Of a DNA stretch of 64,000 nucleotides, positions 8,895 through 20,664 are shown piece by piece. A program made the translations under genes and the position numbers. Position 1 is the stretch's first letter; each line of letters begins with the position of its first letter. Below the pieces are notes generated by a model. It saw only the letters and a list, made by a program, of their open reading frames with translations. It made no database searches and was not told the origin of the DNA. Source of the stretch: Trueperaceae bacterium (lineage in GTDB: Bacteria; Deinococcota; Deinococci; Deinococcales; Trueperaceae). Where the stretch lies: contig OZ243956.1 in the NCBI GenBank assembly GCA_965214405.1, forward strand, positions 704,001 to 768,000, read 5' to 3'.

Positions 8895-10352
8895 ATGGAG
8901 AAGAAGCCGAGAGTCGTCATCGTGGGCGCGGGGTTTGCAGGGCTTTACGCGGCCAAGGCGCTCAAATGGGCACCCGTGGACGTGCTCATGATAGACCAGC
9001 ACAACTACCACACCTTTCAGCCGCTCCTCTATCAGGTCGCCACCGCGCAGCTCGAGCCCGACGAAATTGCCCACACCGTGCGCGGCACCTTCCAGGGCTT
9101 TTGGAATTTCAACTTCCGTCAGGGCACGGTGACGGGTGTTGACTGGGACCAAAAAGAGGTTTTGTTGGCCGACGGCGACGCGATTAGTTTTGATTATCTC
9201 ATCGTCGCGGCGGGCGCGGTTTACAACGACTTCGGCATCGAGGGCGTAAAAGAGCACGGCTACTTCTTAAAAAGCCTTTCCGAGTCGGTCAACATCAGAA
9301 GCCATATGCTCCGGCAGTTCGAGCGGGCGAGCGCGGACCCCAGCCTCATTGACGAGGGGATTTTGAATTTCGTCATCGTCGGCGGCGGCCCCACGGGCGT
9401 TGAGATGGCGGGCGCGATGACCGAACTTTTTGACAAGGTTCTGCCCGAAGACTACCCTAATATTGACCTCACCAGGGCCAAGGTGATTTTGGTTGAGATG
9501 ATGGACGGACTTTTGCCGCCCTTCAGCAAAAAGACGCAGAAGTACACAAAGCGGGTGCTCGAGAACCGCGGCGTCGAGGTGCGTCTGGGTACCACCGTGT
9601 CGGAGGTGCGCGCGCACGAGGTCGAACTCAAGAGCGGCGAGATCATCCCGACTGAGACGCTGCTCTGGGCCGCGGGCATCCGCGCGAGCCCGCTCGTCGA
9701 GGCGTTGGGCGTCGAGCTAACCAAGGGCTACCGGGTGGCTGTCGCGGACGACCTGAGCCTGCTCGACCGCCCTTACGCCTTTATGGCCGGGGACATGTCG
9801 GGCGCAATGGACGGTCAGGGGCGACTTTACCCGCAGGTCGCGCAGGTCGCTATTCAGCAGGGTAAGCACGCCGCTAAGCAGATTCAACAGCTCATCAAAG
9901 GGGAACCTACCGACCCGTTTGAATACTTTGACAAGGGCATTATGGCGATTATCGGACGCAACGCGGGCGTCGCGGAACTCTCGAAGGTGTTTTTGGGGAT
10001 GCGCTTTCGGGGCTTTTTGGGCTGGCTGTCGTGGCTTTTTATTCACCTCGTCTACCTGCCCGGCCACCAGAACCGCGTCAACGCTCTCGCCAACTGGGCC
10101 TACAGCTACTTCACGTTTGACAGGCACTCGAGGCTCATCACCGACATGGAGCCCTCGCCCGCGGAGATTACGGACAAGACGGGCAAGCTGGTCTCGGACG
10201 TGTACATTGCCCAGCAGCGCGAGTCCGACGCGCTCTTAAAAAGGCTCAGTGAGCAACCCAAGGAGCGGCTGATCGTCAACCCCGGAAAACCTGCCGAGCC
10301 CGAAAAGGGACCCAGAGAGAGGCAGCCCGCGGTAACGGTCGCGTCCCGCTAA
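8895..10352 (+). CDS. ndh: Type II NADH:quinone oxidoreductase
   Basis: VVIVGAGFAG, FQPLLYQVAT, VIVGGGPTGVEMAG, PQVAQVAIQQG; GAGGAGG RBS. Confidence 0.9.
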   Translation: MEKKPRVVIVGAGFAGLYAAKALKWAPVDVLMIDQHNYHTFQPLLYQVATAQLEPDEIAHTVRGTFQGFWNFNFRQGTVTGVDWDQKEVLLADGDAISFDYLIVAAGAVYNDFGIEGVKEHGYFLKSLSESVNIRSHMLRQFERASADPSLIDEGILNFVIVGGGPTGVEMAGAMTELFDKVLPEDYPNIDLTRAKVILVEMMDGLLPPFSKKTQKYTKRVLENRGVEVRLGTTVSEVRAHEVELKSGEIIPTETLLWAAGIRASPLVEALGVELTKGYRVAVADDLSLLDRPYAFMAGDMSGAMDGQGRLYPQVAQVAIQQGKHAAKQIQQLIKGEPTDPFEYFDKGIMAIIGRNAGVAELSKVFLGMRFRGFLGWLSWLFIHLVYLPGHQNRVNALANWAYSYFTFDRHSRLITDMEPSPAEITDKTGKLVSDVYIAQQRESDALLKRLSEQPKERLIVNPGKPAEPEKGPRERQPAVTVASR

Positions 10353-10418
10353 ACCTTTACCGCCAAAGTTCGGTTGAAGTCCGAGCGTTCTCTCGCAACA
10401 TCTTAGATTTAGTAGGTT

Positions 10419-10451
10419 AAAGCCGCTGTGAAATAGTGCAGCGGCTTTTTT
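10419..10451 (+). terminator. Intrinsic terminator after ndh
   Basis: AAAGCCGCTG...CAGCGGCTTTTTT stem-loop with U-tract. Confidence 0.85.
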
Positions 10452-10486
10452 GTTGCGCTATACAACCCGGACTTCGGCTGTGAACG

Positions 10487-10515
10487 TTGACGATTCCACC
10501 GTTTTGCGTTACGCT
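10487..10515 (+). promoter_or_regulatory. Sigma70-type promoter of the cox operon
   Basis: TTGACG-17 nt-TACGCT. Confidence 0.65.
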
Positions 10516-10631
10516 GACTCTGTCAACGTAGCTCAGCTCTAACCAGCACTGTGGAACGTCTGGAGACGCAGTATCGCTTAACGGCCCCGCGCCTCAGCGT
10601 CACCCAACCCGCTTCATATAGAGGAGGCCCG

Positions 10632-11078
10632 ATGAAGGTCGAGGGTTCGCACACCATTAGAGCGCCCAGGAAAAAAGTTTGGCGGATGCTCCAGGACCCG
10701 GACGTGCTCGCTAAAACGACGCCGGGCGTGAAAACGATGGAGCGGGAGGGCGAGGACCGCTACCGCGCGACGCTCGAGCTCGGCGTCGGCCCCGTCCGCG
10801 GCACCTTTGAGGGTCACGTCGAGATTACGAACAAGCGCGAACCCGAGGCGATGACCCTGGCTGTGGAGGGTCAGGGCGGGCCGGGCGGCGTCAAGGCCGA
10901 GGGAAGGTTGAGGCTCGAGGAGGAGGGCGACAGCACGGTGGTTCACTACGAGGGCGAACCGCAGATTTCGGGCCGTCTCGCCTCCGTGGGCGGGCGTTTG
11001 GTCGGCGGCGTGGCGAAAAAGTTGGCTGGACAGTTTTTCGAGCGGCTGGACAAAGAGGCGCAGAGCTACCCGGCTTGA
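10632..11078 (+). CDS. coxG: CoxG (SRPBCC) family protein
   Basis: ATG 10632 with [31 protein letters not shown]; cox context. Confidence 0.85.
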   Translation: MKVEGSHTIRAPRKKVWRMLQDPDVLAKTTPGVKTMEREGEDRYRATLELGVGPVRGTFEGHVEITNKREPEAMTLAVEGQGGPGGVKAEGRLRLEEEGDSTVVHYEGEPQISGRLASVGGRLVGGVAKKLAGQFFERLDKEAQSYPA

Positions 11079-11145
11079 GGGTTCCGGGATTTTTGATTCG
11101 TTTTGGATTCTAAATCAGATGTTTGGTTCAGGTTCAGGAGGATGT

Positions 11146-11643
11146 ATGGGAACACAGGTCAAGGTAAAGGTCAATGGCAAGGCGTACACGCGCGAGGTCG
11201 AGCCGAGGGAACTCCTCGTGCATTTCATTCGTGAAGGACTCGGCCTAACGGGCACACACGTGGGCTGCGACACGAGCAGTTGCGGGGCCTGCACGGTCCT
11301 CATGGACGGGCTCGCGGTCAAATCCTGCACGGTCTTGACCGTCCAGGCGGACGGCGCGGAACTCACCACCGTCGAAGGGCTCGCGCAAGGGGACGAGCTT
11401 CACCCCATCCAGCAGGGTTTTTGGGAGGAGCACGGCCTCCAGTGCGGCTACTGCACGCCGGGTTTTATGATGGCGACGGTGCAGCTTCTGGAGCGCAACC
11501 CCGATCCCAGCGAGGACGACATCCGCCACGGCCTAGACGGCAACTACTGCCGCTGCACGGGCTACCACAACATCGTGCGGGCGGTGCGCTACGCCGCCGA
11601 AAAAATGCGCGCGGGCGCGTCACAGCCCGTCGCGGCAGACTAA
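11146..11643 (+). CDS. coxS: [2Fe-2S] small subunit of xanthine-oxidase-family molybdoenzyme
   Basis: [10 protein letters not shown]...C and QCGYC...CRCTGY motifs. Confidence 0.92.
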   Translation: MGTQVKVKVNGKAYTREVEPRELLVHFIREGLGLTGTHVGCDTSSCGACTVLMDGLAVKSCTVLTVQADGAELTTVEGLAQGDELHPIQQGFWEEHGLQCGYCTPGFMMATVQLLERNPDPSEDDIRHGLDGNYCRCTGYHNIVRAVRYAAEKMRAGASQPVAAD

Positions 11644-11674
11644 GCAGACTAAATAGAGAGACAAGGAGATTAAA

Positions 11675-14041
<2,367 letters not shown>

Positions 14042-14053
14042 GAGGTTTGGACG

Positions 14054-14914
14054 ATGTACCCCTCAGCGTTTTCTTATCACACCCCAGCGTCCGTCGAAGA
14101 GGCCGTTAGCCTCCTCCAAGAACACGGTATGGACGCCAAGCTGCTCGCGGGCGGCCATAGCCTCCTGCCCACCATGAAGCTGCGCTTAGCCACCCCCGCC
14201 CACGTGGTCGATATGAAAGGTTTGCGGAGTTCACTCCAGTACATCCGCGACGAGGGTGACGCGGTTGCTATTGGCGCGCTCACCACGCACCACATGGTTG
14301 AGACGTCAAACTTGCTTAAAGAAAGAGCGCCCGTGCTGGTCCATACGGCGACGCACGTCGGCGACCTCCAGGTGCGCAACCTTGGCACCATCGGCGGCTC
14401 GGTGGCCCACGCCGACCCCGCCGGGGACTTTCCCGCCGCCATCCTCGCCTCGGAAACCGAAATGGTCGTGCAGGGACCCAACGGCAGACGGACGGTTCCC
14501 GCCGCAGAGTTTTTCTTCGGGTTTTTTGAGACGGCCTTGGAAGAGGGCGAGATTTTGGTCGAACTGCGTGTGCCTGCGTCAAGGGGCGGCTCGAGCTACC
14601 AAAAGTTTCGCCACCCCGCTTCGGGCTACGCGGTCTGCGGTGCGGCGGTGGTACTTGAAAAAGAAGGCGACACTGTCAGAAAAGCCCGCGTCGGCATTAC
14701 GGGTGTGTCTGACGGAGCTTATCGCGCGACGGGAGTAGAAGAGGCGCTCGCGGGTCAATCCTTCAGCCCCGAACTCGCCGCCACCGCCGCCGAACGTGCC
14801 GCGGAAGGTGTTGACCCCTTGGAGGACACCTTTGCGGGCGCGGACTATAGGCGTCAGCTCGCTAAGACCTATACCAAAAGGGCGCTGCTCGAGGCCTGGG
14901 AGCGCGCGGGCTAA
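14054..14914 (+). CDS. coxM: FAD-binding medium subunit
   Basis: AGGHSLLP, QVRNLGTIGGS, ADPAGD. Confidence 0.9.
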   Translation: MYPSAFSYHTPASVEEAVSLLQEHGMDAKLLAGGHSLLPTMKLRLATPAHVVDMKGLRSSLQYIRDEGDAVAIGALTTHHMVETSNLLKERAPVLVHTATHVGDLQVRNLGTIGGSVAHADPAGDFPAAILASETEMVVQGPNGRRTVPAAEFFFGFFETALEEGEILVELRVPASRGGSSYQKFRHPASGYAVCGAAVVLEKEGDTVRKARVGITGVSDGAYRATGVEEALAGQSFSPELAATAAERAAEGVDPLEDTFAGADYRRQLAKTYTKRALLEAWERAG

Positions 14915-14932
14915 ATTCAAAGGATTGCTCAT

Positions 14933-14964
14933 AAGGGTGCTGACGTTGTGCGGCACCCTTTTTT
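14933..14964 (+). terminator. Intrinsic terminator after coxM
   Basis: AAGGGTGCTG...CGGCACCCTTTTTT. Confidence 0.8.
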
Positions 14965-15033
14965 CTTATGGCGTTCCGTCCAGCATCAAACCGAAAGACC
15001 GTCGTACAAAAAGGCCCGTGCTAGATTGGAAGG

Positions 15034-16266
15034 GTGGCACTGCTCGAGCGCAAAGCGCAGACCTTGCAAGAAGCGATACGCAACCTCAACCCACAACATT
15101 CGCTGAGTGTTGATGAGTTAGCCAAGTTTTACGTAGCGCGAGAAGGCAGTCCGGTTGAGCGTGTAGCTATCTCTCTCGAGGACCCTTCCCCGCAGAAGTT
15201 TCTGTTCACAGGACACCGGGGCAACGGCAAGAGCACAGAACTTGCCAAGCTCGAGGCTAAACTTCAAGACCGATTTTTTGTTGTACGTTACGCCCTCAAA
15301 AACGTTCTCGACCTTCACGACCTCACTTATATCGACGTGCTCCTTTCGCTTGCGCTGCAACTTGCCGAAAGTGCCAAGGACAAGGTTAAACTTTCCAAAA
15401 ACACGCGCAGCGCTTTAGAGAGCCTTTGGTCCTTCGGTCTGGGTATCGAAAAGCAAACGGAAACCGGAACGACTAAGGGTTGGCAGGCTGAGCTGGGGCT
15501 TGGCGAAGCTGTGAGTACACTATTAAGGCTCGGGGTTCGTATCAAGAGCGAGCACGTCACCCGCCAAGCTTTGCGTGAAAAGGTTCGCTACCGCGTTTCC
15601 GACTTGCTCAAGGGCTTGGACATCCTCGCCCAAGACGTCTTCGACGAAACCGGCAAACGCGTCCTTTGCATCGTTGAAGACCTTGACAAAATAGATTTAA
15701 AAGAAGCCAGAACCATCTTTTACGACCACGGTAAATCCATCAGCGCCCCCGACCTGACCATCAACATCATCTATACATTCCCCGTAGCACTCGGTCACAG
15801 CGACGAGTTTATGCAAATCCGTCACTTCTTTAGCGACACGCCCATTTTGCCCAATTTCAAACTAACCGATGAGAGGGGCGTGGAAAGTTTACGCCATCTC
15901 CTCCTCAACCGGGTCGAGGCGTCTCTTTTTGAAGAAGAAGCGCTGGATATGCTTGTTGAGTTTAGCGGTGGTATCCCCAGACAGTTCATCACTTTAGCCA
16001 GGGACGCAAGCTTGGAAGCACGTGTGGCGGCGCAAGCAAAAGTCATGGTGGAACACGCGCACGACGCCGTCGCCCGCGAGCGGCAGAACTTTTCAAGGAT
16101 GTTGAGCGAGGAGCAGCTAAGCCTACTAAGGCGCGTTAAAGAAGAGAAGAAGATTGACCAAACGCCTGCCTATCAAACTCTGCTGCATACTTTGAGCGTG
16201 CTCGAGTACAGCAATCACGATATTTGGTATGACGTAAATCCTTTAGTGAATGATTTGCTGAAGTAA
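15034..16266 (+). CDS. P-loop NTPase (AAA/STAND-like)
   Basis: Walker A GHRGNGKST, Walker B IVEDLDK, SGGIPR (GxP-like) motif; lower GC than flanks. Confidence 0.85.
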   Translation: MALLERKAQTLQEAIRNLNPQHSLSVDELAKFYVAREGSPVERVAISLEDPSPQKFLFTGHRGNGKSTELAKLEAKLQDRFFVVRYALKNVLDLHDLTYIDVLLSLALQLAESAKDKVKLSKNTRSALESLWSFGLGIEKQTETGTTKGWQAELGLGEAVSTLLRLGVRIKSEHVTRQALREKVRYRVSDLLKGLDILAQDVFDETGKRVLCIVEDLDKIDLKEARTIFYDHGKSISAPDLTINIIYTFPVALGHSDEFMQIRHFFSDTPILPNFKLTDERGVESLRHLLLNRVEASLFEEEALDMLVEFSGGIPRQFITLARDASLEARVAAQAKVMVEHAHDAVARERQNFSRMLSEEQLSLLRRVKEEKKIDQTPAYQTLLHTLSVLEYSNHDIWYDVNPLVNDLLK

Positions 16267-16267
16267 C

Positions 16268-17683
16268 ATGTCTATTCAAGCCGACATAGACCACGACTAC
16301 CGCAGAATAAAGATTCTGCTCGAGGCCACCGACTCTTTCGTTCTCACCTTCGCCTTGTACCGAGACGCCAAAGAGCAGCGCGAGAATGCCGGGAAGTTAA
16401 GGGAAATGCTCGAGCTCCCCATCACTCAAGTCGCGCTAAAAGGCGACAACCTCAACCCGGTCAGAACGTTTTTAGACCTACCCAAAGAACCCCGCCAAGC
16501 CATTTTCTTCACCTTTCTGGGCAGCAGCCTACCCGAAGGCAAAAGCGACTTCGACAAGTTTGCGGGCTATGTCAACATCCAACGCGAAGCCTTTACCGAC
16601 GCGCCTCACGCGGTGGTGCTGTGGCTGCGCGAGGAGCAGCTTGTGCGGCTGATGAGGCGCGCGCCGGACTTTTGGGCGTGGCGGAGCGGGGTATTTGATT
16701 TTCGTGGGGAGCTTACAATAGGTTCTGTGATTCAGCGTGAACGCTCGTTTACCAGCACTCACGAGAGAGCACAGTTAGAAGAACAAGTGGCGCTTTACCA
16801 AGAAATTCTCAAATCGCAGTTACAGCGGGACGAACCTGATTTAGCGTATATCGTTCGTACACGCACACGTTTAGCCGCGGCTCTAAACAATTTGGGGCTT
16901 TTTCGAGAGATGGTTTCCGAAGCTCAGGAAGCCCTTTCAACAGCGCAAATGCTTGGTAATGAAAAGCTCATGGCCGATTCTTTTAGTGGTTTAGCTGTTG
17001 CTTATCATATGTTAGACAATTACGATGAAGCCGAAATTTTCTACCGCAAAGCCATCACACTCTCAGAAAGTTTTTATGGCAGACATGTAGGTTACGTCAA
17101 CAATCTTACTAACTTAGCAGAGTTACTTACCACAACGGAGCGTTATGACGAAGCTGAAGCTCTTCTCAAAGAGGCCGTAGAACTTGCCGAAAAAGTTCTT
17201 GGAAAAGAACATCCAAGTTATTCAAACAGCCTCGGCAGCTTTGCAAATCTTCTTGCAACTACAGGACGCTATAGTGAGGCTGAATCTCTTTATCGAAAAG
17301 TCATAGACCTTCGTATAGAAACTTTCGGCAAAAAGCATCCAAAATATGCCACCTCTATCTACAACTTAGCAAGGTTGCTAAAGAAATTGGGACGTTATGA
17401 TGAGGCTGAACCTCTTTACAGGGAAGCGATAGAGATTACCGAAAAAGCTCTTGGCAGAGAGCATCCGAATTACTCGCTTAGCCTCCACAATTTAGCCGAT
17501 TTGCTTGTGAAGATGGGACGTTATGATGAGGCTGAATTTCTTTTTCATGAAGCTTTAGAAGGATGTCGTGAGTATCTAGGGGAAACACATTTACGTACAA
17601 AAGGTGTTGAAGAGGACTACCAACACCTCAAACAAGAACTTTTGAATTTGGATGTCGAGCGAGCCTTGGGTGAAACAGTCTAA
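16268..17683 (+). CDS. TPR protein (42-aa repeats) with N-terminal degenerate NTPase-like domain
   Basis: GRYDEAE/LG.EHP repeats with 126-nt DNA periodicity; N-terminal LWL...RRAPDFWAWRSGVFDF; starts 1 nt after the ATPase stop. Confidence 0.85.
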   Translation: MSIQADIDHDYRRIKILLEATDSFVLTFALYRDAKEQRENAGKLREMLELPITQVALKGDNLNPVRTFLDLPKEPRQAIFFTFLGSSLPEGKSDFDKFAGYVNIQREAFTDAPHAVVLWLREEQLVRLMRRAPDFWAWRSGVFDFRGELTIGSVIQRERSFTSTHERAQLEEQVALYQEILKSQLQRDEPDLAYIVRTRTRLAAALNNLGLFREMVSEAQEALSTAQMLGNEKLMADSFSGLAVAYHMLDNYDEAEIFYRKAITLSESFYGRHVGYVNNLTNLAELLTTTERYDEAEALLKEAVELAEKVLGKEHPSYSNSLGSFANLLATTGRYSEAESLYRKVIDLRIETFGKKHPKYATSIYNLARLLKKLGRYDEAEPLYREAIEITEKALGREHPNYSLSLHNLADLLVKMGRYDEAEFLFHEALEGCREYLGETHLRTKGVEEDYQHLKQELLNLDVERALGETV

Positions 17684-17722
17684 CCATCCTCAGCACTTCC
17701 CCGACCTGCTACACTACACCCA

Positions 17723-18667
17723 ATGCACCCCGACATCTCAGGCGTCCAGCAAACCCTGGCCTCCCACGGCTACATCGCCGACCGGGCCACCGCCACGGCC
17801 CTCCATCTGGCGAACAAGCTGGGCCGCCCGCTGCTCATCGAAGGCCCCGCGGGGGTGGGCAAAACCGAAATCGCCAAGGTGACGGCCCTGGCCGCCCAAA
17901 CTGAGCTCATCCGCTTGCAGTGCTACGAAGGGCTCGACTCGAGCGCCGCCATCTACGAGTGGAACTATCAAAAGCAGCTTCTCCACATCCGCGTGACGGA
18001 AGGGGCGGACAGACCCCTAGAAGCGCGTGAGGCAGACATTTTTGGTCCCCGGTTTCTGCTCGAGCGCCCCCTCCTCAAGGCCATCACCGCTACTACTCCC
18101 CCTGTGCTCTTGATTGACGAGATTGACCGCGCCGACGAGGCGTTCGAGGCGTTTTTGCTAGAACTCCTCTCCGATTGGCAGATTTCCATCCCCGAACTCG
18201 GCACGCTGCGCGCGGCGCACCCCCCTACCACCGTCTTGACGAGCAACCGCACCCGCGAGCTCTCCGACGCGCTGCGCCGCCGCTGCCTCTACCTCTGGAT
18301 TGACTACCCGCCCTTTGACAAGGAGTTGCAAATCGTCAAAGGAAGCGTGCCGGGACTGAGCGAGACTTTGAGCGCCCGCGTCGTCGCTTTTGTGCAACTC
18401 TTGCGCCGCCTGTCGCTCGAGAAAACCCCCGGCGTCGCCGAAACGCTCGACTGGGCGGCGGCGTTAGTTGCGTTAGACGCGGACAATCTGGACAGGGAGG
18501 TGCTCGAGACCACCGTCAGCGTGCTCCTCAAACACCACGAGGACGGGCGGCGCTTCCGCAGCGTTTGGCTGGATGTTCTCTTGCGGGGTCTCAATATGGT
18601 CGAGCCGGGGCGGGAGCTCTTAACGCTCGAGCGAGCATGGCAGCAGGTAGAATCCGCGCTCAAATGA
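17723..18667 (+). CDS. coxD: MoxR-family AAA+ ATPase (CoxD-like)
   Basis: EGPAGVGKTE, RLQCYEG, LLIDEIDRADE, SDALRRRC. Confidence 0.88.
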   Translation: MHPDISGVQQTLASHGYIADRATATALHLANKLGRPLLIEGPAGVGKTEIAKVTALAAQTELIRLQCYEGLDSSAAIYEWNYQKQLLHIRVTEGADRPLEAREADIFGPRFLLERPLLKAITATTPPVLLIDEIDRADEAFEAFLLELLSDWQISIPELGTLRAAHPPTTVLTSNRTRELSDALRRRCLYLWIDYPPFDKELQIVKGSVPGLSETLSARVVAFVQLLRRLSLEKTPGVAETLDWAAALVALDADNLDREVLETTVSVLLKHHEDGRRFRSVWLDVLLRGLNMVEPGRELLTLERAWQQVESALK

Positions 18668-19803
18668 CGGGACCCTATCCGGGCACGCTTACCGCCAACC
18701 TCCTCACCTTCGCTCGCCTCCTGCGCGAGGCCGAACTGCTGGTGGGGCCGCAGGAGGTGGCGCTGGGGCTTCAGGCGCTTTCTTACGTTGACCTTCATGA
18801 CCGGGAGGAGGTGCGGCTGGCGCTTAGGGGTGTTTTTGTGGGGAGTCCGCTCGAGGGGAGGCGCTTCGACGGTCTTTTTGAGCGCTACTGGCGGGGTGGC
18901 TTATTGACGCCCGACGAAACGCGTCCTGAACCCACCCCGAACCTTCCTCAACCTAAGAGGCTCGAGAACCCAAGCGTGCGCGACTGGTCCGCTAAGGAGA
19001 CGCACGACGACACGGTGGATACAGCGGGCTACAGCACCTTTGAAACACTCGTCAAAACTGACTTTGCGGTGGTGAGCACGGACGAGGTTGCAGCCGTGTC
19101 GCGCCTCGTCGCGGGGCTTGCGAAGCGGCTCGCCACCAAGGTGTCGCGGCGTTACCGGGCGAGCGCGCGCCAGGGGGAGGTGGCGGACGTGCGGCGCACC
19201 CTCCGGCGGAGCCTCAGCCGGGGCGGGGAACCGCTCGAGCTCGTTTATAAAAAGCGTGCGCTGGGCAAAACGCGCCTCCTATTTCTTTTCGACGTGTCGG
19301 GCTCGATGATGATTTACAGCGGGTTCTTGCTCCAAGTTGCCTACGCATTCGTGCAACTCCGCTCCCTCGGGCGCACCGAGGTCTTCGGCTTCGCCACCGA
19401 CCTCTACCGCCTCACGCCGCATCTACAAACGGGCGGCCCCGCCGAGGCCATCCGCGCCGCGCGCCGTGCGATGCTGGGGCGCTCGGGCGGCACCAAAATC
19501 GGCTCGAGCCTGCGCGCCTTTTTGGAGCGGCACGGTGCGCTGCTAGACCGGAAAACGGTGGTCATCATCGTGAGTGACGGTTGGGACACGGGCGAACTGG
19601 ACGTATTGTGTGACGCGATGCGTACGCTTAAAAGCCGCAGCGCGCGCCTCCTCTGGCTCAATCCTCTGGCGGGTAGCGCGGGCTACGCGCCCACCGCGGG
19701 CGGGATGCAGACGGCGTTGCCTTATATTGATGTGCTCGCTCCGGCGCACAATTTGGAGAGCCTGCGCGCGCTCGAGGGCCACCTGGTCAGGGGCTCGAGG
19801 TGA
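18664..19803 (+). CDS. coxE: vWA domain protein (CoxE-like)
   Basis: MIDAS DVSGSM, GGTKIG, IVSDGWD, WLNPL; ATGA overlap with coxD. Confidence 0.88.
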   Translation: MTGPYPGTLTANLLTFARLLREAELLVGPQEVALGLQALSYVDLHDREEVRLALRGVFVGSPLEGRRFDGLFERYWRGGLLTPDETRPEPTPNLPQPKRLENPSVRDWSAKETHDDTVDTAGYSTFETLVKTDFAVVSTDEVAAVSRLVAGLAKRLATKVSRRYRASARQGEVADVRRTLRRSLSRGGEPLELVYKKRALGKTRLLFLFDVSGSMMIYSGFLLQVAYAFVQLRSLGRTEVFGFATDLYRLTPHLQTGGPAEAIRAARRAMLGRSGGTKIGSSLRAFLERHGALLDRKTVVIIVSDGWDTGELDVLCDAMRTLKSRSARLLWLNPLAGSAGYAPTAGGMQTALPYIDVLAPAHNLESLRALEGHLVRGSR

Positions 19804-19857
19804 ATCACCCGATAAAGTGAGAGACACGGCTCCCTCTCCCCCGACGTATAGTGACAC

Positions 19858-20664
19858 ATGGACAAACACACGAGAGACTACCTTCACACCGCGGTCCGGG
19901 CCGCGCAGCTTGCGGGCAGCATCCAGCAGTACAACTTAGGCGGCGACTTAGGCATCAGCACTAAAACCTCCTTTACCGACCTCGTCACCCGCGTTGACAA
20001 GGAGTGCGAGGCGCGCATCCGCGAGATTTTGCTGGGCGCGTATCCCGACCACGTTGTTTTGGGTGAGGAGGAGGGGCAGCCGGGCGGTGAGTCGTCGCAC
20101 CGCTGGATTGTCGACCCCATCGACGGCACCTTGAATTACGCTCACGGTTTTCCCTTCTACTGCGTGTCGATCGCGCTCGAGGTCGAAGGCACTCTGCAAG
20201 TGGGCGTCGTTTACGACCCCTCGCGCAACGAACTCTTCACCGCCGCGCGGGATGAGGGCGCGTATCTCAACGGCGCTCCCATCTTTGTTACACAAGAAAA
20301 CGACCTCAAAAGCGCGATGCTGGCGACGGGCTTTGCCTACCGGGCGGACACCGCCTCGGAAAACGTCGAGATTTTCGCCAGGGTGATGCCCCAGTGCCGC
20401 GCCATCCGCCGTCCCGGTGCCGCCGCTTTAGACCTTGCCTACGTGGCCTGCGGGCGGCTGGACGGGTTTTGGGAACTCAAGCTCAACGCCTGGGACGTGG
20501 CGGCGGGCGTGCTGCTGATTCAAGAAGCGGGCGGCACCGTGACCGGGCCGTCGGGTGAGCCCTACAACCTGGGACGTAAAATTGTCGCCTCGAACGGCCA
20601 CGTCCACGGCAAACTGTTGGCGGCGCTGGGGCTCGAGAAGGTTCAAAATACCCACCAAGCATGA
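19858..20664 (+). CDS. suhB: Inositol monophosphatase family
   Basis: GEE, WIVDPIDGT, WDVAAG. Confidence 0.85.
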   Translation: MDKHTRDYLHTAVRAAQLAGSIQQYNLGGDLGISTKTSFTDLVTRVDKECEARIREILLGAYPDHVVLGEEEGQPGGESSHRWIVDPIDGTLNYAHGFPFYCVSIALEVEGTLQVGVVYDPSRNELFTAARDEGAYLNGAPIFVTQENDLKSAMLATGFAYRADTASENVEIFARVMPQCRAIRRPGAAALDLAYVACGRLDGFWELKLNAWDVAAGVLLIQEAGGTVTGPSGEPYNLGRKIVASNGHVHGKLLAALGLEKVQNTHQA

